A DNA stretch of 64,000 bases from Octopus vulgaris (taxonomy: Eukaryota). The stretch is taken from assembly GCA_951406725.2 (NCBI GenBank), contig OX597816.1, positions 142,910,001 to 142,974,000 of the forward strand. Direction: 5' to 3'. Below the pieces are notes generated by a model. It was not told the origin of the DNA and searched no databases. It saw nothing but the letters and a program-made list of their open reading frames with translations. This document shows, one piece after another, positions 1 to 11,401 of this stretch (position 1 is the stretch's first letter; every line of letters begins with the position of its first letter). The position numbers were made by a program, and so were the translations under genes.

Positions 1-117
1 ATACCCTTACAACTTCAGTTTGTAAAACCTCACTGTTTTATTATTTACTTCAAACTGAAAAATGAGAAAAGCATTGTTTTTTAACAAGGTATAAAATCCC
101 AATTGAAAATTCCTAGC

Positions 118-800
118 ATGGCTTTGGGCTTAAGAAGCTTGCTTCTCCAACCATTTGGCTTCAGGTTCAGTCCCGTCATGCAGCACCTTAGGTAAGTGTC
201 TTCTGTTATAGCCTTTGGTTAACCAAATCCTTGTGAATGTATTTGGTAGGTGGAAAATGAAAGAAGCCCATTGTGTATATATGTATATATGTGTGTATCT
301 TAGTGTTGTTGTATCTATCTCCTACCATAACTTGACAATTTGTGTTAGTTTGCTTTCCTAACTTAGTGGTTCAGCAAAAAAGATCAATAGATCTTGGTAG
401 ATGGAAACTGAAAGAAGCCCATTGTGTATATATCTACATGTGTTTATCTTAGTGTTGTTATATCTTTCTCTTATCATAACTTGACAACTTGTGTTAGTTT
501 GCTTTCGTAACTTAGTGGTTCATCAAAAAAGATCAATAGATCTTGATAGATGGAAACTGAAAGAAGCCCATTGTGTATATATCTACATATGTGTATCTTA
601 GTGTTGTTATATCTATCTTCTACCATAACTTGACAACTTGTGTTGGTTTGCTTTTGTAACTTAGTGGTTCAGCAAAAAAGATCAATAGAATAAGTAACTA
701 GACTTCCCAAAATATGCCCTGAGGACAATGTATTTGACTAAACCCTTCAGGACAGTGCCCAGTATGGCTGCAGTTCAATAACTGAAAGAAATATAAGATA
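118..800 (+). mobile_element. tRNA-derived CORE-like SINE with ~150-bp internal triplication
   Basis: tRNA-like head (GGCTTAAGAAGCTTGC...GGTTCAGTCCC) and CORE-like CACCTTAGGTAAGTGTC. The unit TTG(G/A)TAG(A/G)TGGAAA(C/A)TGAAAGAAGCCC recurs at 243, 394 and 543. The same family recurs at ~35170-35550, 44650-45050, 53140-53270 and 63680-63890. Confidence 0.7.
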
Positions 801-1807
801 TCATTCTTAGTATTGAATAAAATTTTCTTTCAGCTTAAAAATGAGATAACTAGTAGATTGCTGAATCCCTTACATTACTGGGATATAGAGTCTCCATTGA
901 GGACTTGATATGTTTAGAGCATGTAGGTATGATGAAGCCCTTTTTCATTTATTCTGTTACTATCCAGTCAACCTTATTCAAGTAAACTTTTGATTAAGAG
1001 AACCCCTATCTCTTTATGATAATCACAACTATGTTATCTATTAGATAATGTTCTTCTCTTTTATTAGCTAGCAGACTGTGAGTTTTGAGGAAATATTGGT
1101 TGCTATTTTTAGTAAATTGTACAACTTCACAGAGGCACCCTTAGTTCTACAGTTTAGTTATACAAGTTGTTGGAATGCCAGTAAATGTTTTGCTCACAAA
1201 AGTAGACAATACTACCCTGTGGTATGTGTGTGTGTGTATCATCATCATCATCTTTTAATGTCTGGCATGGATTGGACAGTTTAACAAGACACAATGACCC
1301 CAAGGACTGCATCATACTCCAATGTCTGTAATGCCAACTACTTCATAGCATGTACTGGGGGCTTTATTTTTGAGCCACCAGCACTAGTTGGGTTGTCGTG
1401 CAGCTTTCATGACTACAAACCACAAGCAGGGAGGGAAGCTTTATGCTAGAAGAATGAGAGGTAGAGAGAGGTAAAATATGAGAGAAGGGCCAGAGGAAAA
1501 CAAGTTTCTTGCTGAAGAGGAACAGCATGACTAATCACATTTTAGAAGTGAGGATGGAGGGGTAGAACTGGAAATTAAAGTGTCTTTTGAAAGAACACAG
1601 CACAGCAAGATAGAACACAAAACAACTAATATCATTAATGTAGTACAAATTATTTATCTTTTTGACTGTGGGTTTAACAGTTTATTATTTCAATTATTTC
1701 ATTTTTGTATTTGTTTACAAGATTCTTGATGTGAATTAATGTACATTATTTACATTGTTTACATTATTTACATTTGACGGATATTTGTCCTCATCTTGTT
1801 TGGTGTT

Positions 1808-1853
1808 AACACAACGTTTCAGCTGATGTACCCTCCAGCCTTCATCAGGTGTC
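1808..1853 (-). ncRNA. Minimal type I hammerhead ribozyme (Penelope-like-element type), intact copy
   Basis: Minus strand reads GACAC-CTGATGA-A-GGCTG-gagggtacat-CAGCT-GAAAC-GTT-GTGTT: stem I GACAC/GTGTT, stem II GGCTG/CAGCT, palindromic AACGTT stem III. Confidence 0.75.
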
Positions 1854-2139
1854 TTGGGGAAATTTTGAACCTGGGATCTCATTCCTGAGGTATTTTTCGA
1901 TGTTGTTATTATTATTACTATTATTCAGGTCACTACCTGGAATCGAACTTGAAATCTTGGTGTTAGTAGCCAGCGCTCTTAACCAGTGGTTGGGTTGTCT
2001 TAACCACTGGTTAAGAATGCAGGCTACTAACACCAAGATTTCAAGTTCGATTCCAGGTAGTGACCTGAATAATAGTAATAATAATAATAACATCAAAAAA
2101 TACCTCAGGAATGAGAACCCAGGTTCGAAATTTCCCCAA

Positions 2140-2185
2140 GACATCTGATGAAGGCTGGAGGGTATATCAGCTGAAACTTTGTGTT
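2140..2185 (+). ncRNA. Second hammerhead copy, stem III mutated
   Basis: GACAT-CTGATGA-AGGCTG...CAGCT-GAAAC-TTT-GTGTT. G>T change relative to the other arm. Confidence 0.6.
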
Positions 2186-2363
2186 AACAACAAACAAGAT
2201 GAGGACAAATATTCGTCAAATGTAAATAATGTACATAATTCCTCATCCCTTAAATATAGAATTGTGAATTAGTGTGTTGAAACATATTTTGTTGTTTCTC
2301 AGGGGAGGGGGTCATTATGCCAATAATAAACACATGCACTGTTTCTATTTCACTTCCTTTATA

Positions 2364-3735
2364 CATCATCATCATTATCATTTAACATCCGCTTTTTCAT
2401 GCTAGCATGAGTTGGACGATTTGACTGAGGTCTGGCAAACCAGATGCCTGCACCAGGCTCCAATCTGATCTGGCAGAGTTTCTACAGCAGCTGGATGCCC
2501 TTCCTAATGCCAACCACTCCGAGAGTGTAGTGGATGCTTTTACATACCACCGGCATGAGGGCCAGTCAGGCGGTACTGGCAACGGCCACGCTCAAATGGT
2601 GCTTTTTATGTGCCACCTGCACAGGAACCAGTCCAGCAGCAATGGCAACGACCTAGCTCGAATGTTTTTTCACATGCCACCAGCACAAGTGCCAGTAAGG
2701 CAACGCAGGTAGCGATCACATATGAGTGGTGCTTTTTACATGCCACCAGCACGGAAGCCAGTTTGTTGCTCTTGCAACGATCACGCTTAGTGCTCCACTA
2801 ACACGGTTGCCAGTCATCGAATTTGATTTTGATTTTGATTTCACTTGCCTCAACAGGTCTTCACAAGCAGAGTTGAGTGTTCAATGAAGGAAAGGTACGC
2901 ATAAGTAGGCCATGAGGTTATGGTCTCACTTGGCTTGCCGAATCTTCTCAAGCACAGCATATTTCCAAAGGTCCCGGTCACTAGTCATTGCCTCAGTGAG
3001 GCCTAATGTTCATAGGTCATGCTTCACCACCTCATCCCAGGTCTTCCTGGGTCAACCTCTTCCACAGGTTCCCTCAAACACTAGGGTGTGGCACTTTTTC
3101 CCACAGCTATCCACATCCATTCTTGCCACATGGCCATACCAGTGCAGTCGTCTCTTTTGCACGCCACATCTGATGCTTCTTATGTCCAACTTTTCTCTCA
3201 GGGAACTTACACTCTGTCGAGTATGCACACTGACATTACACATCCATCAGAGCATACCGGCTTCATTCCTTGCGAGCTTACGCATGTCCTCAGCAGTCAC
3301 GGCCCATGTTTCACTGCCATGTAGCATGGCTGTTCATACACATGCGTCATACAGTCTACCTTTTACTCTGAGCAAGAGACCTTTTTTCACCAGCAGAGGT
3401 AAGAGCTCTCTGAACTTTGTCCAGGCTATTCTTATTCTAGCAGTTACACTTTCAGCACATCCTACCCCTGCTACTGACTTGGTCACCTAGGTAACAGAAG
3501 CTATCAACTACTTCTAGTTTTACTCTCTGGAATGTGGCGGAAGTTATTCTCTGCACATTTTCAGTGTTTATTGCTCCTGAGCATCTGCCACACACAAAAA
3601 CTATCTTCCCAGTTAACCTTTCTTTGATATTGCTGCACCTCTTATGTGTCCATAGCTTACACTGGGTACATCTTATAGAGTTTCTAACGATGCCTTTTCT
3701 ACAGATCGAGCAGGGCCAACTACCTGAAGGGATTT
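2364..3735 (-). mobile_element. RTE-clade LINE, 5'-truncated
   Basis: Minus ORF fragment ...RRLHWYGHVARMD... is typical of the RTE C-terminus. Its 3' UTR (TGGTTGGCATTAGGAAGGGCATCCAG) and (GAT)n tail match the copy at 55975-57861. Confidence 0.85.
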
Positions 3736-4367
3736 GTGGTTTATTATTATTAGTTAATTAGTTAATATTTAACTAATTAACTGATTGTTTTATTAACCAT
3801 TCAATCAATCAACCAATCAGCTAGGTTAGTCAAAGTCCTTCCATCACCATTCATGGCCGCATCAATAACATGCCCTCTCCACTCCAAGTCTGATTCATGT
3901 CTATCAGCTTGTCTATTTTAGTTACTATATTATGATTAATTATTATATTAATATATTAATACAACCAGCAATGAGTGTGTATTGATTGCATACATATGAC
4001 ATTGAAATTGTGTTATATTGGTTTTAGATAATATTTTGTAAAGAAAGTTTTATCTTTTATAAAGTCTGAGAAAATCAGTGATTTCCTAATGGTTATTACC
4101 AATATATTCCAAATATTTTGAACCAGAATTCTCAATATTTTCTTTTGAATGCTTGTAATTGTTCGTGAGCAAGAGTTTACTGGATGTTGAACTAAACAAA
4201 AGCAAAAACAAAAACTAGTACTGCTGCTGTGAATTGTAACTGGAATCAATTTTTCTCTTTTTTTAACCCAACAAATTTGAGCATGAAGAGTTATGTACCC
4301 TGGTACAGCTGCTAAAAAATTTGAACCAATTTTCTATAGCAGCCTATCTTATGGTAAAGATTACCAT

Positions 4368-5575
4368 TTTTTCGTTACTACTCTAAGCACAAGGCCTGAT
4401 ATTTTGGGGGAGGGGGCCAGTCGATTATATCGACCCCAGTATGCAACTAGAACTTAAATTATCGACCCCGAAAGAATGAAAGGCAAAGTCGACCTCGGCG
4501 GAATTTGAACTTAGAACGTAAAGACAGACAAAATACCTATTTCTTTACTGCCCACAAGGGGCTACACAAAGAGGGGACAAACAAGGACAGACAAACGGAT
4601 TAAGTCGATTATATAGACCTCAGTGCGTAACTGGTACTTATTTAATCAACCCCGAAAAGATGAAAGGTAAAGTCGACCTCGGCGGAATTTGAACTCAGAA
4701 CGTAAAGGCAGACGAAATACCTATTCCTTTATTGCCTACAAGGGGCTAAACATAGAGGGGACAAACAAGGACAGACAAACGGATTAAGTCGATTACATCG
4801 ACTCCAGTGCGTAACTGGTACTTAATTTATCGACCCCGAAAGGATGAAAGGCAAAGTCGACCTCGGCGGAATTTGAACTCAGAACGTAGCGGCAGACGAA
4901 ATACCGCTAAGCATATCGCCCGGCGTGCAAATGTTTCTGCCAGCTCGCCGCCTTAAACCATTTATTGTTTTCTGCTCTAGACACAAGACCCGAAATTTTG
5001 GGGGAAGGGGCCAGTCGATTAGATTGACCCCAGTACGCAACTGGTATTTAATTTATCGACCCCGAAAGGATGAAAGGCAAAGTCGACCTCGGCGGAATTT
5101 GAACTCAGAACATAAAGACAGACGAAATATATATTTCTTTACTACCCACAAGGGACCAAACAAGGACAAACAAACGGATTAAGTCGATTATATCGACCCC
5201 AGTGCGTAACTGGTACTTATTTAATCGACCCCGAAAGGATGAAAGGCAAAGTCGACCACGGCGGAATTTGAACTCAGAACGTAGCGGCAGACGAAATACC
5301 ACTAAGCATTTCGCCCGACATGCTAACGTTTCTTATTTCTTTGCTGCCCACAAGGGGCTACACACAGAGGGGGAAAACAAGGACAGACAAACGGATTAAG
5401 TCGATTATATCGATTCCTGTGCATAACTGGTACTAATTTAATCTACCCCGAAAGGATGAAAGGTAAAGTCGACTTCGGCGGAATTTGAACTCAGAACATA
5501 AAAACAGACGAAATATCGCTAAGCATTTAGCACGGCATGCTAACGCTTCTACCAGCTCGCTGCCTTAAACCATTT
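4368..5575 (-). mobile_element. Tandem/multimeric array of young tRNA-derived SINEs with a Meta-like central domain
   Basis: About six CpG-rich copies of TCGACCCCGAAAGGATGAAAGGCAAAGTCGACCTCGGCGGAATTTGAACTCAGAAC. The reverse complement gives B box GAGTTCAAATTCC and GCCTTTCATCCTTTCGGGGTCGATAAA. Confidence 0.8.
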
Positions 5576-5603
5576 ATTGAAATAAGAACAGTACACCTTG
5601 TAC

Positions 5604-5622
5604 TATAGGTTGCTGTCTAAAA
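5604..5622 (+). repeat. 19-bp direct repeat, left copy (candidate TSD)
   Basis: TATAGGTTGCTGTCTAAAA, identical to 11402-11420, abutting the 5' truncation point of the HERO element. Confidence 0.75.
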
Positions 5623-5631
5623 TTTCAAAAT

Positions 5632-8600
5632 TTGACCAATGAGAGAGGCTTGAAGATACATCAGGGAAAGACTTGTGAGAAGAGGACAGAGCAGTGTGGA
5701 TCGTCAGATCGTAAAACACGTGGCAAATCATCCCCGGACTCAAACCACACCGGATCGATAAATGCTACAGCAGAGAACTCTTCACGTGATGAAACTACAA
5801 GTCATGAAACTGGTGCATCGGATAATACTCAGAGGAAACCGAGGGTTTTGTGGCCTGCTGCTAATGAGAAAGTGAAATATAAAGAGTTTGAAAACAAGGT
5901 TTGTCGGGCTCTTTATAAAATGACAGGCTCTACAGTGGAGAAACTGGGAAAATTATCCAGCTCAATATACGATATAGGAAAAGATTTATTTGGAATAAAA
6001 GAGAATATCCGACTAGAGAAAGGAAAGTGTGGACCAAGCAGGAGGATCAGAAAAATGCAGCAGTTGAGGAAGGAAAAGTCCGACTTAAGAAAGCGATGGA
6101 GATGTGCTGCACTAGATGAGAAACCTGGCCTTGCGTTGCTGTATAACGATTTCAAGAGGAAATGTCGTTATGTGCAACGACATATCCGCCGATATGAGCG
6201 TCGAAAAGAAAGTAAAAGGACTCGTGGGCAGTTTCTGAAGGACTCATACGGGTTTACTAAGAAGCTGTTCACTGAACGGAAGAGTGGTATTTTATCGTGC
6301 ACTAAAGAAGAATTGGATGCTCATATCAAGGAAACCTACAGCGATCCGCACCTTAACCAGCTGCTGCCACCTCTACATGGGTTAAATCATCTCTCAGGAC
6401 CTGATATCGAATTCCAGATTGGGGACATCAGGGAGAGAGAGGTGAATGACTTCGTAAGAAAAGCTAGAGCAAAGAGTGCCCCAGGAGGTGATGGTGTCTC
6501 ATATAAAGTCTACAAGTACTGCAATCGTCTGCGAAAGAAGCTCTTCGTCCTAATCCGACAACTGTGGCGCGAGGAGACTATAGTAGAGGATTGGTGTAAG
6601 GCAGAAGGTATATACCTGCCGAAAGAGGCCAATGCAAAGACCATAAAACAGTTTAGGCCGATATCCTTATTGAATGTGGAAGGCAAGATCTTTATGGGAA
6701 TTCTGACGAGGAGAACAGTGGCATATTTACAGAGTAACGGATATGTTGATGAATCTGTTCAAAAGGCCGGAATCCCCGGGATCCCTGGATGCGTTGAACA
6801 CTGTTTTTCGATTTGGAAAGCGATCCAGAATGCCAAACAGAACAAGAAAAGTCTGAACGTGGTATGGCTCGACCTAGCTAACGCGTATGGTTCAGTGCCA
6901 CACAAATTACTAATAACAGCCATGGACCACTTCCACATTCCTGACAAAGTGATCAAAATAATGAGGATGTACTATGACAGTTTCGAAATGATGTTTACAG
7001 CTGGAGATTTTACAACAGACTAGCACCGACTGGAGATTGGCATTGCTGCTGGCTGTACAATATCTGTCACGTGGTTTATTTTAGTCATGGAGTTGATTTT
7101 TCGGAACAAATCACCCATGTACAATCGCCTAAGAAAGCCTTCATGGATGACGTGACACTTCTAGCTACAGATAAACAAATCATGCAGAATGCCCTCTTGA
7201 GATTAGACGAACTTGTGAGGTGGTCAAGAATGCGATTTAGAGCAAAAAAAGTCGCGTAATCTGACATTTGTTAAGGGAGTGCAGAAAGAATTTAAATTTC
7301 GAATATCTGAAGAAAGCATTCCAACAGTCAAGGAAGAGCCCGTCAAGAGCTTGGGACGAGTATACGCTGGAACATTGTCAGACAGAAGTCGTGGGATTGA
7401 AATTATGAAACAGGCCGAGGCTGGATTATCAGCGATTGATGTTTCGAAGTTACCAGATGAATATAAAATTTGGTGCTTGCAGTTCGGCTTGTACCCGCGA
7501 CTTGCGTGGCCACTTTTAATATACGAAGTAGCATTGTCACGAGTTGAAAAGATTGAACAAAAATGTAATGTGTTCATTAGAAAGTGGCTAGGTCTACCTC
7601 GTATGTTGAACAGCTCAGCTCTTTATCGTAAAAGAGGTTCGTTGCAGTTACCAATAGCATCAATAGTCGAAATATATAAGTTGGGGAAGATACGGACGGT
7701 CATGATGCTGAGAGAATCGAAGGATATGGAAATCAGGCGTAACCCACCAGAGGTGAAAACAGCCAGGAAGTGGAAAGCAGAAGCAGAAACTGACAACATC
7801 TTGTCTTCTCTTATACACAGAGATATGGTGGGAGCAACGCAGAACCATCGGAAAGGATTTGGTTTTGGCGCAGATCAGTTCAGACCGTTTGCAAGCATGA
7901 TGCCGTGTGAACGCAGATCTGTTGTTAGCAACAGCGTCAAAACAAGAGAAGCAGAGAGAAGAGAGCTTCATTTGATCCGATGTGTTCATCAAGGTCAGAT
8001 GACGAGATGGGAAGAACATGTTGTTGAGAGGAAGATAAGTTGGGATGAGATGTGGAAGTGGACGACATCTCGGCTGAGTTTCCTGATTCGTTCATCTTAT
8101 GAGGTTTTGCCATCACCTACGAATCTACGTCTTAAAGAATGACATCTGCAAATGTGGAAAGGTCGGTACACTAAAACATATTCTTTCCAACTGTTCATTA
8201 GCATTGAACAGGTACACATGGAGGCACAACTTGGTCCTTAAGGTTATCTTCAATGCTATAAAGAACCAAATTCATCTCAACATCACTGAGGAAAAATCGT
8301 TAAAAGTACCATCAAGAGAGTTCATTACCTTCGTGCGACCAGGTCAGCAGAACCGTTTCAAGAAGAAGACCAAGAAACTTCCTGAGAAAAATGAAAAGTG
8401 GAACGGCTATTGGGAGGTAACTGCAGATTTACCTGGGTGCCAGGTTTTCTTTCCCATCCCAGTTTCGAAAAACCAGATATTTTGATGTGGTGTGAAAGAA
8501 AGAAAGTTGTAAATATAGTCGAGCTAACGGTTCCTCACGAAGATAATATGGACGCCGCTCGAGCTCGAAAATTAGACCGTTATGAAAACCTCCTCGAGGA

Positions 8601-8814
8601 ATGTGAAGACGCAGGCTGGAAAGCGGAACATTTTCCTATCGAAGTCGGATGTAGAGGGTTTGTAGGACACAGCGTGAGACGACTGTTGTTATCGTTAGGC
8701 CTAACTCATCGTAAAGTCAATACCATCATGACTGATATCCAATCTACAGTGGAGAAGGCTAGCCACTGGATTTGGTTAAAAAGAGACGATGAGCGATGGC
8801 TAGAAGTATATTGA
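5632..8814 (+). pseudogene. Disrupted RT/restriction-like endonuclease ORF of the HERO-like element
   Basis: ORF pieces 5632-7023, 7071-7259, 7279-8142, 8099-8485 and 8398-8814 form one polyprotein broken by TAG (7021) and several frameshifts. Confidence 0.85.
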
Positions 8815-8947
8815 GTTCTTCATAACCAGCTGATCTAGCAAGCGGGGCCTCATATCAGTGAAGGGGGCCGGTGCGCATTGATGCCGTCGAGAGGTAGGCC
8901 CCGAAACGGCGCGCATTCTCTCCTGATGACCCCATACACTTGCTAGC
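8799..8947 (+). ncRNA. Structured 3' UTR RNA with rearranged hammerhead-like core
   Basis: GCCGT-C (8883-8888) pairs with GAA-ACGGC (8903-8910). GAGAGG (8889-8894) pairs with TCTCTC (8917-8922), which directly precedes CTGATGA (8923-8929). GGGGCC (8864-8869) pairs with GGCCCC (8897-8902). GTGCGC (8871-8876) pairs with GCGCAT (8911-8916). Confidence 0.6.
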
Positions 8948-9420
8948 TTCCGATATACGGAGCTTTTAACTGGTAGCACTTGCATGTGCAAGTTGTTTGC
9001 AAGACAAGACGAGTGAACTGGATCCTGGCATTATCATCCAGCTGATAATACTTTTGTGGATGATTAACTGTATGCTCAACTGGAACCAAAACAGAAATTC
9101 CTTTGGCTACACTGATGATTAAGTATCTCCATCAGGAACATACTAGAACAAATATCTAACGTATCTATTTCATTAGTTAATAGTTTTGATAAAACATGGA
9201 GAGAAAAAATTGTACTACGCAAACAGAGGATAAGGGAAATAACTCTTGGCAACTTCATATAAAATGTGTTTATGACTGGAGAGGGATGAATGGTATTTTG
9301 CTACATACTATCAGTAGTTTCATATGACTGCTTTATTTTTTATTTATAATTATATGTTACTAACCCCTCATGTTCAGAGGGTCGTTCAAGATAATTTGAG
9401 ATTTATAAAAAATAAAAATT

Positions 9421-10404
9421 AATCTCCCTCAACAACACTAACCTCAAAAAGTCTTCTTGTGAACGTGACCTGGACATTATTTTCGACAGAGATTTGCGTT
9501 GGACAAAACACATAACTAAAATTGCCAAGAAGGCTGAGGGTGTCTTGGCATCACTCACCAAGCCCTTTGTGAGCCGCTCTCCGGCTATCTATCTGAGGCT
9601 TTATATAGCTATCGTGCGGCCTCACCTAGAATTTGTATCACCGGTCTGGAACCCCTATCTTGCCGAGGATATTAATCGTCTGGAAACCGTTCAGTGACGT
9701 GCAACCAAGAGAATACCCTCCATCAGGCATTTGCCATATTCTGAACGCCTTACTTCCCTGGGCACGGACACATTGAAACTCCGACGTCAGGCAGCTGACT
9801 TGACAGATACCCTTAAAATAACTGGAAGATGCGGCCGCGACCGTTGCAGTACGAGTGTGTGTCCGTCCGTGTTACAAACAATAACTCTGAGCATCTTTTC
9901 ACACTCTACCTATCTAGCACCCGTGGACATGTTTACAAAGTCAGAAAACAACACAACTCCGATGACTTTCGGAAACATTTTTTTCACGCTAAGAGTTTGC
10001 TGAAGCATGGAACAAACATCTTACAAACAATAACTCTGAGCACCTTTTCAATTCCACCTGTCTAACACTCGTGGACATGTTTACAAAGTCAGAAAACAGC
10101 ACAGCTCCCATGACTTTCGGAAACATTTTTTCATGCTAAGAGTTGCTGAAGTATGGAACAAACTGCCGGCATCAGTTGTTAGTTGTCTGAGCACTACATC
10201 CTTCAAAAGTTCTATGCTTCCAGAGATTCGCCAACACTACACCTGATTTTCTCTCCTCCATACACACGCAAGCATGTATCTCTGACTCATACACTGTTCA
10301 CTTTCCAGACATTTGTACATTACTGCATATGTTTTATAAGCACTTTTGACAAGTTGTGGTGCACCTGAGCACTGTATAGAATAATTTCATTATTATTATT
10401 ATTA
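9421..10404 (+). mobile_element. CR1/L2-group LINE 3' fragment with internal duplication
   Basis: VRPHLEFVSPVWNPYLAEDINRLETVQ*RATKRI motif and (ATT)n tail. A ~149-bp segment is duplicated at 9872 and 10021. Confidence 0.85.
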
Positions 10405-11401
10405 TATGCTTCGTCTACTGAAGGCTAGGAATTTATGGAGACAGTTGTCAAAAATAAGAAGTTCCTACTGATTATACTTTATGACTATTATATCATTATA
10501 TCGTTTTCTACTGTATCCAGACCAGAGCATTTTATAGCTATTCTAATGTTCAACATGCTACTTCAAGAGGTGACTTGAGACAAGATTGAGATATCAATCC
10601 AGTTTTGGTAAGTAATGCTCTTTATATGATGTACCAAAAAAAAATATATGCATAGGTATTTATTTCTTTTGATGTGGTGCAGGACCCAAACTTTTTTCTA
10701 ATGTAAAAGGATATTATTGATCTGCATTGGATATAGTATTAGCCAACCAAATTTCAGTTCAAAATTACTTCAGTAATTTTGTTGTCTGCTTGAGCACTAA
10801 ATATTAATTCTATTTTGCTTTTAGTTTGCCTAACTGTTAGAAATATGTGCCAAATGTAATATTCCTTGAGATAGAACCAATGTCCTTTGTATCCATAAGG
10901 AAATTCCTCTATCACCTACTTGACACAAGCATAACAAATCTAATCACTACCCATTCCTTAAATGATTCTTTGGTTTAGCAATTAAATAAAATGTAAATAT
11001 ATATGATTGGTTCTTTCTTTTATCAGTTTCAGAGAGATAGAAAGCAAAGTGGGTCTTAAAACATTTTAGTTCAGGATAGAGTGGTAACAAAATATATACT
11101 AAAGAAGCTAAAATGGTACCAAAACCTGAATGATTTACAGAGCTTTATATTAGTGTTAGATAAGAAATAAATACTCTTTTGGTGAGGACACCAGTTTATT
11201 TCAGCTAACATTCTGAGGCAATCTGGTGCCTATTCTTCAAAAGCTATCTGGAGTGAACACTATAATGTCTACAGTGATATTTAACTTAAAATCTATAAGC
11301 TGGCATGCAGTATTAACTCACTCAGCCATTTTCTGATACAAAGTATTTAAATACATAGTGTAAAGCATTTTCTCAGTTCCTGTTCACCACTCTCACTAAA
11401 T

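Larger units (their letters stand above)
1739..2262. mobile_element. Palindromic (inverted-dimer) element: tRNA-like head + (AAT)n + Penelope-type hammerhead
   Basis: Arms ~1760-1991 and 2002-2233 are near-perfect reverse complements around a 10-nt loop. Flanking 9-bp direct repeat TGTGAATTA at 1730-1738 and 2263-2271. Confidence 0.8.
5623..9070 (+). mobile_element. HERO-like RLE non-LTR retrotransposon, 5'-truncated (3' boundary approximate)
   Basis: Truncated N-terminal zinc finger (RGLKIHQG). RT motifs FRPISLLNVEGKIF, WLDLANAYGSVPH and AFMDD. CCHC knuckle CKCGKVGTLKHILSNC followed by RYTWRHN. RLE motifs KPDIL...ELTVPHE...K..RY...PIEVGCRGF. Confidence 0.85.

Noticed and set aside
2005-2066. 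tRNA gene
   Set aside because: 5' end missing and no complete cloverleaf. It is a SINE-type head.
1845-2148. Two mirror 99-aa ORFs on opposite strands
   Set aside because: By-product of the palindrome. The poly-L and poly-N runs come from (AAT)n.
2912-3490. 192-aa ORF on + strand
   Set aside because: Antisense to RTE coding remnant.
4368-5575. CRISPR-like array
   Set aside because: Units are long SINE copies without unique spacers, no cas genes, eukaryotic context.
9076-9275. Exon continuing the 14914-15156 gene
   Set aside because: The in-phase frame stops after about 20 codons, and the segment lies in the putatively transduced block.
11180-11245. Hammerhead on minus strand (TGAAGA...GAAAT)
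   Set aside because: Stems I and III could not be formed.
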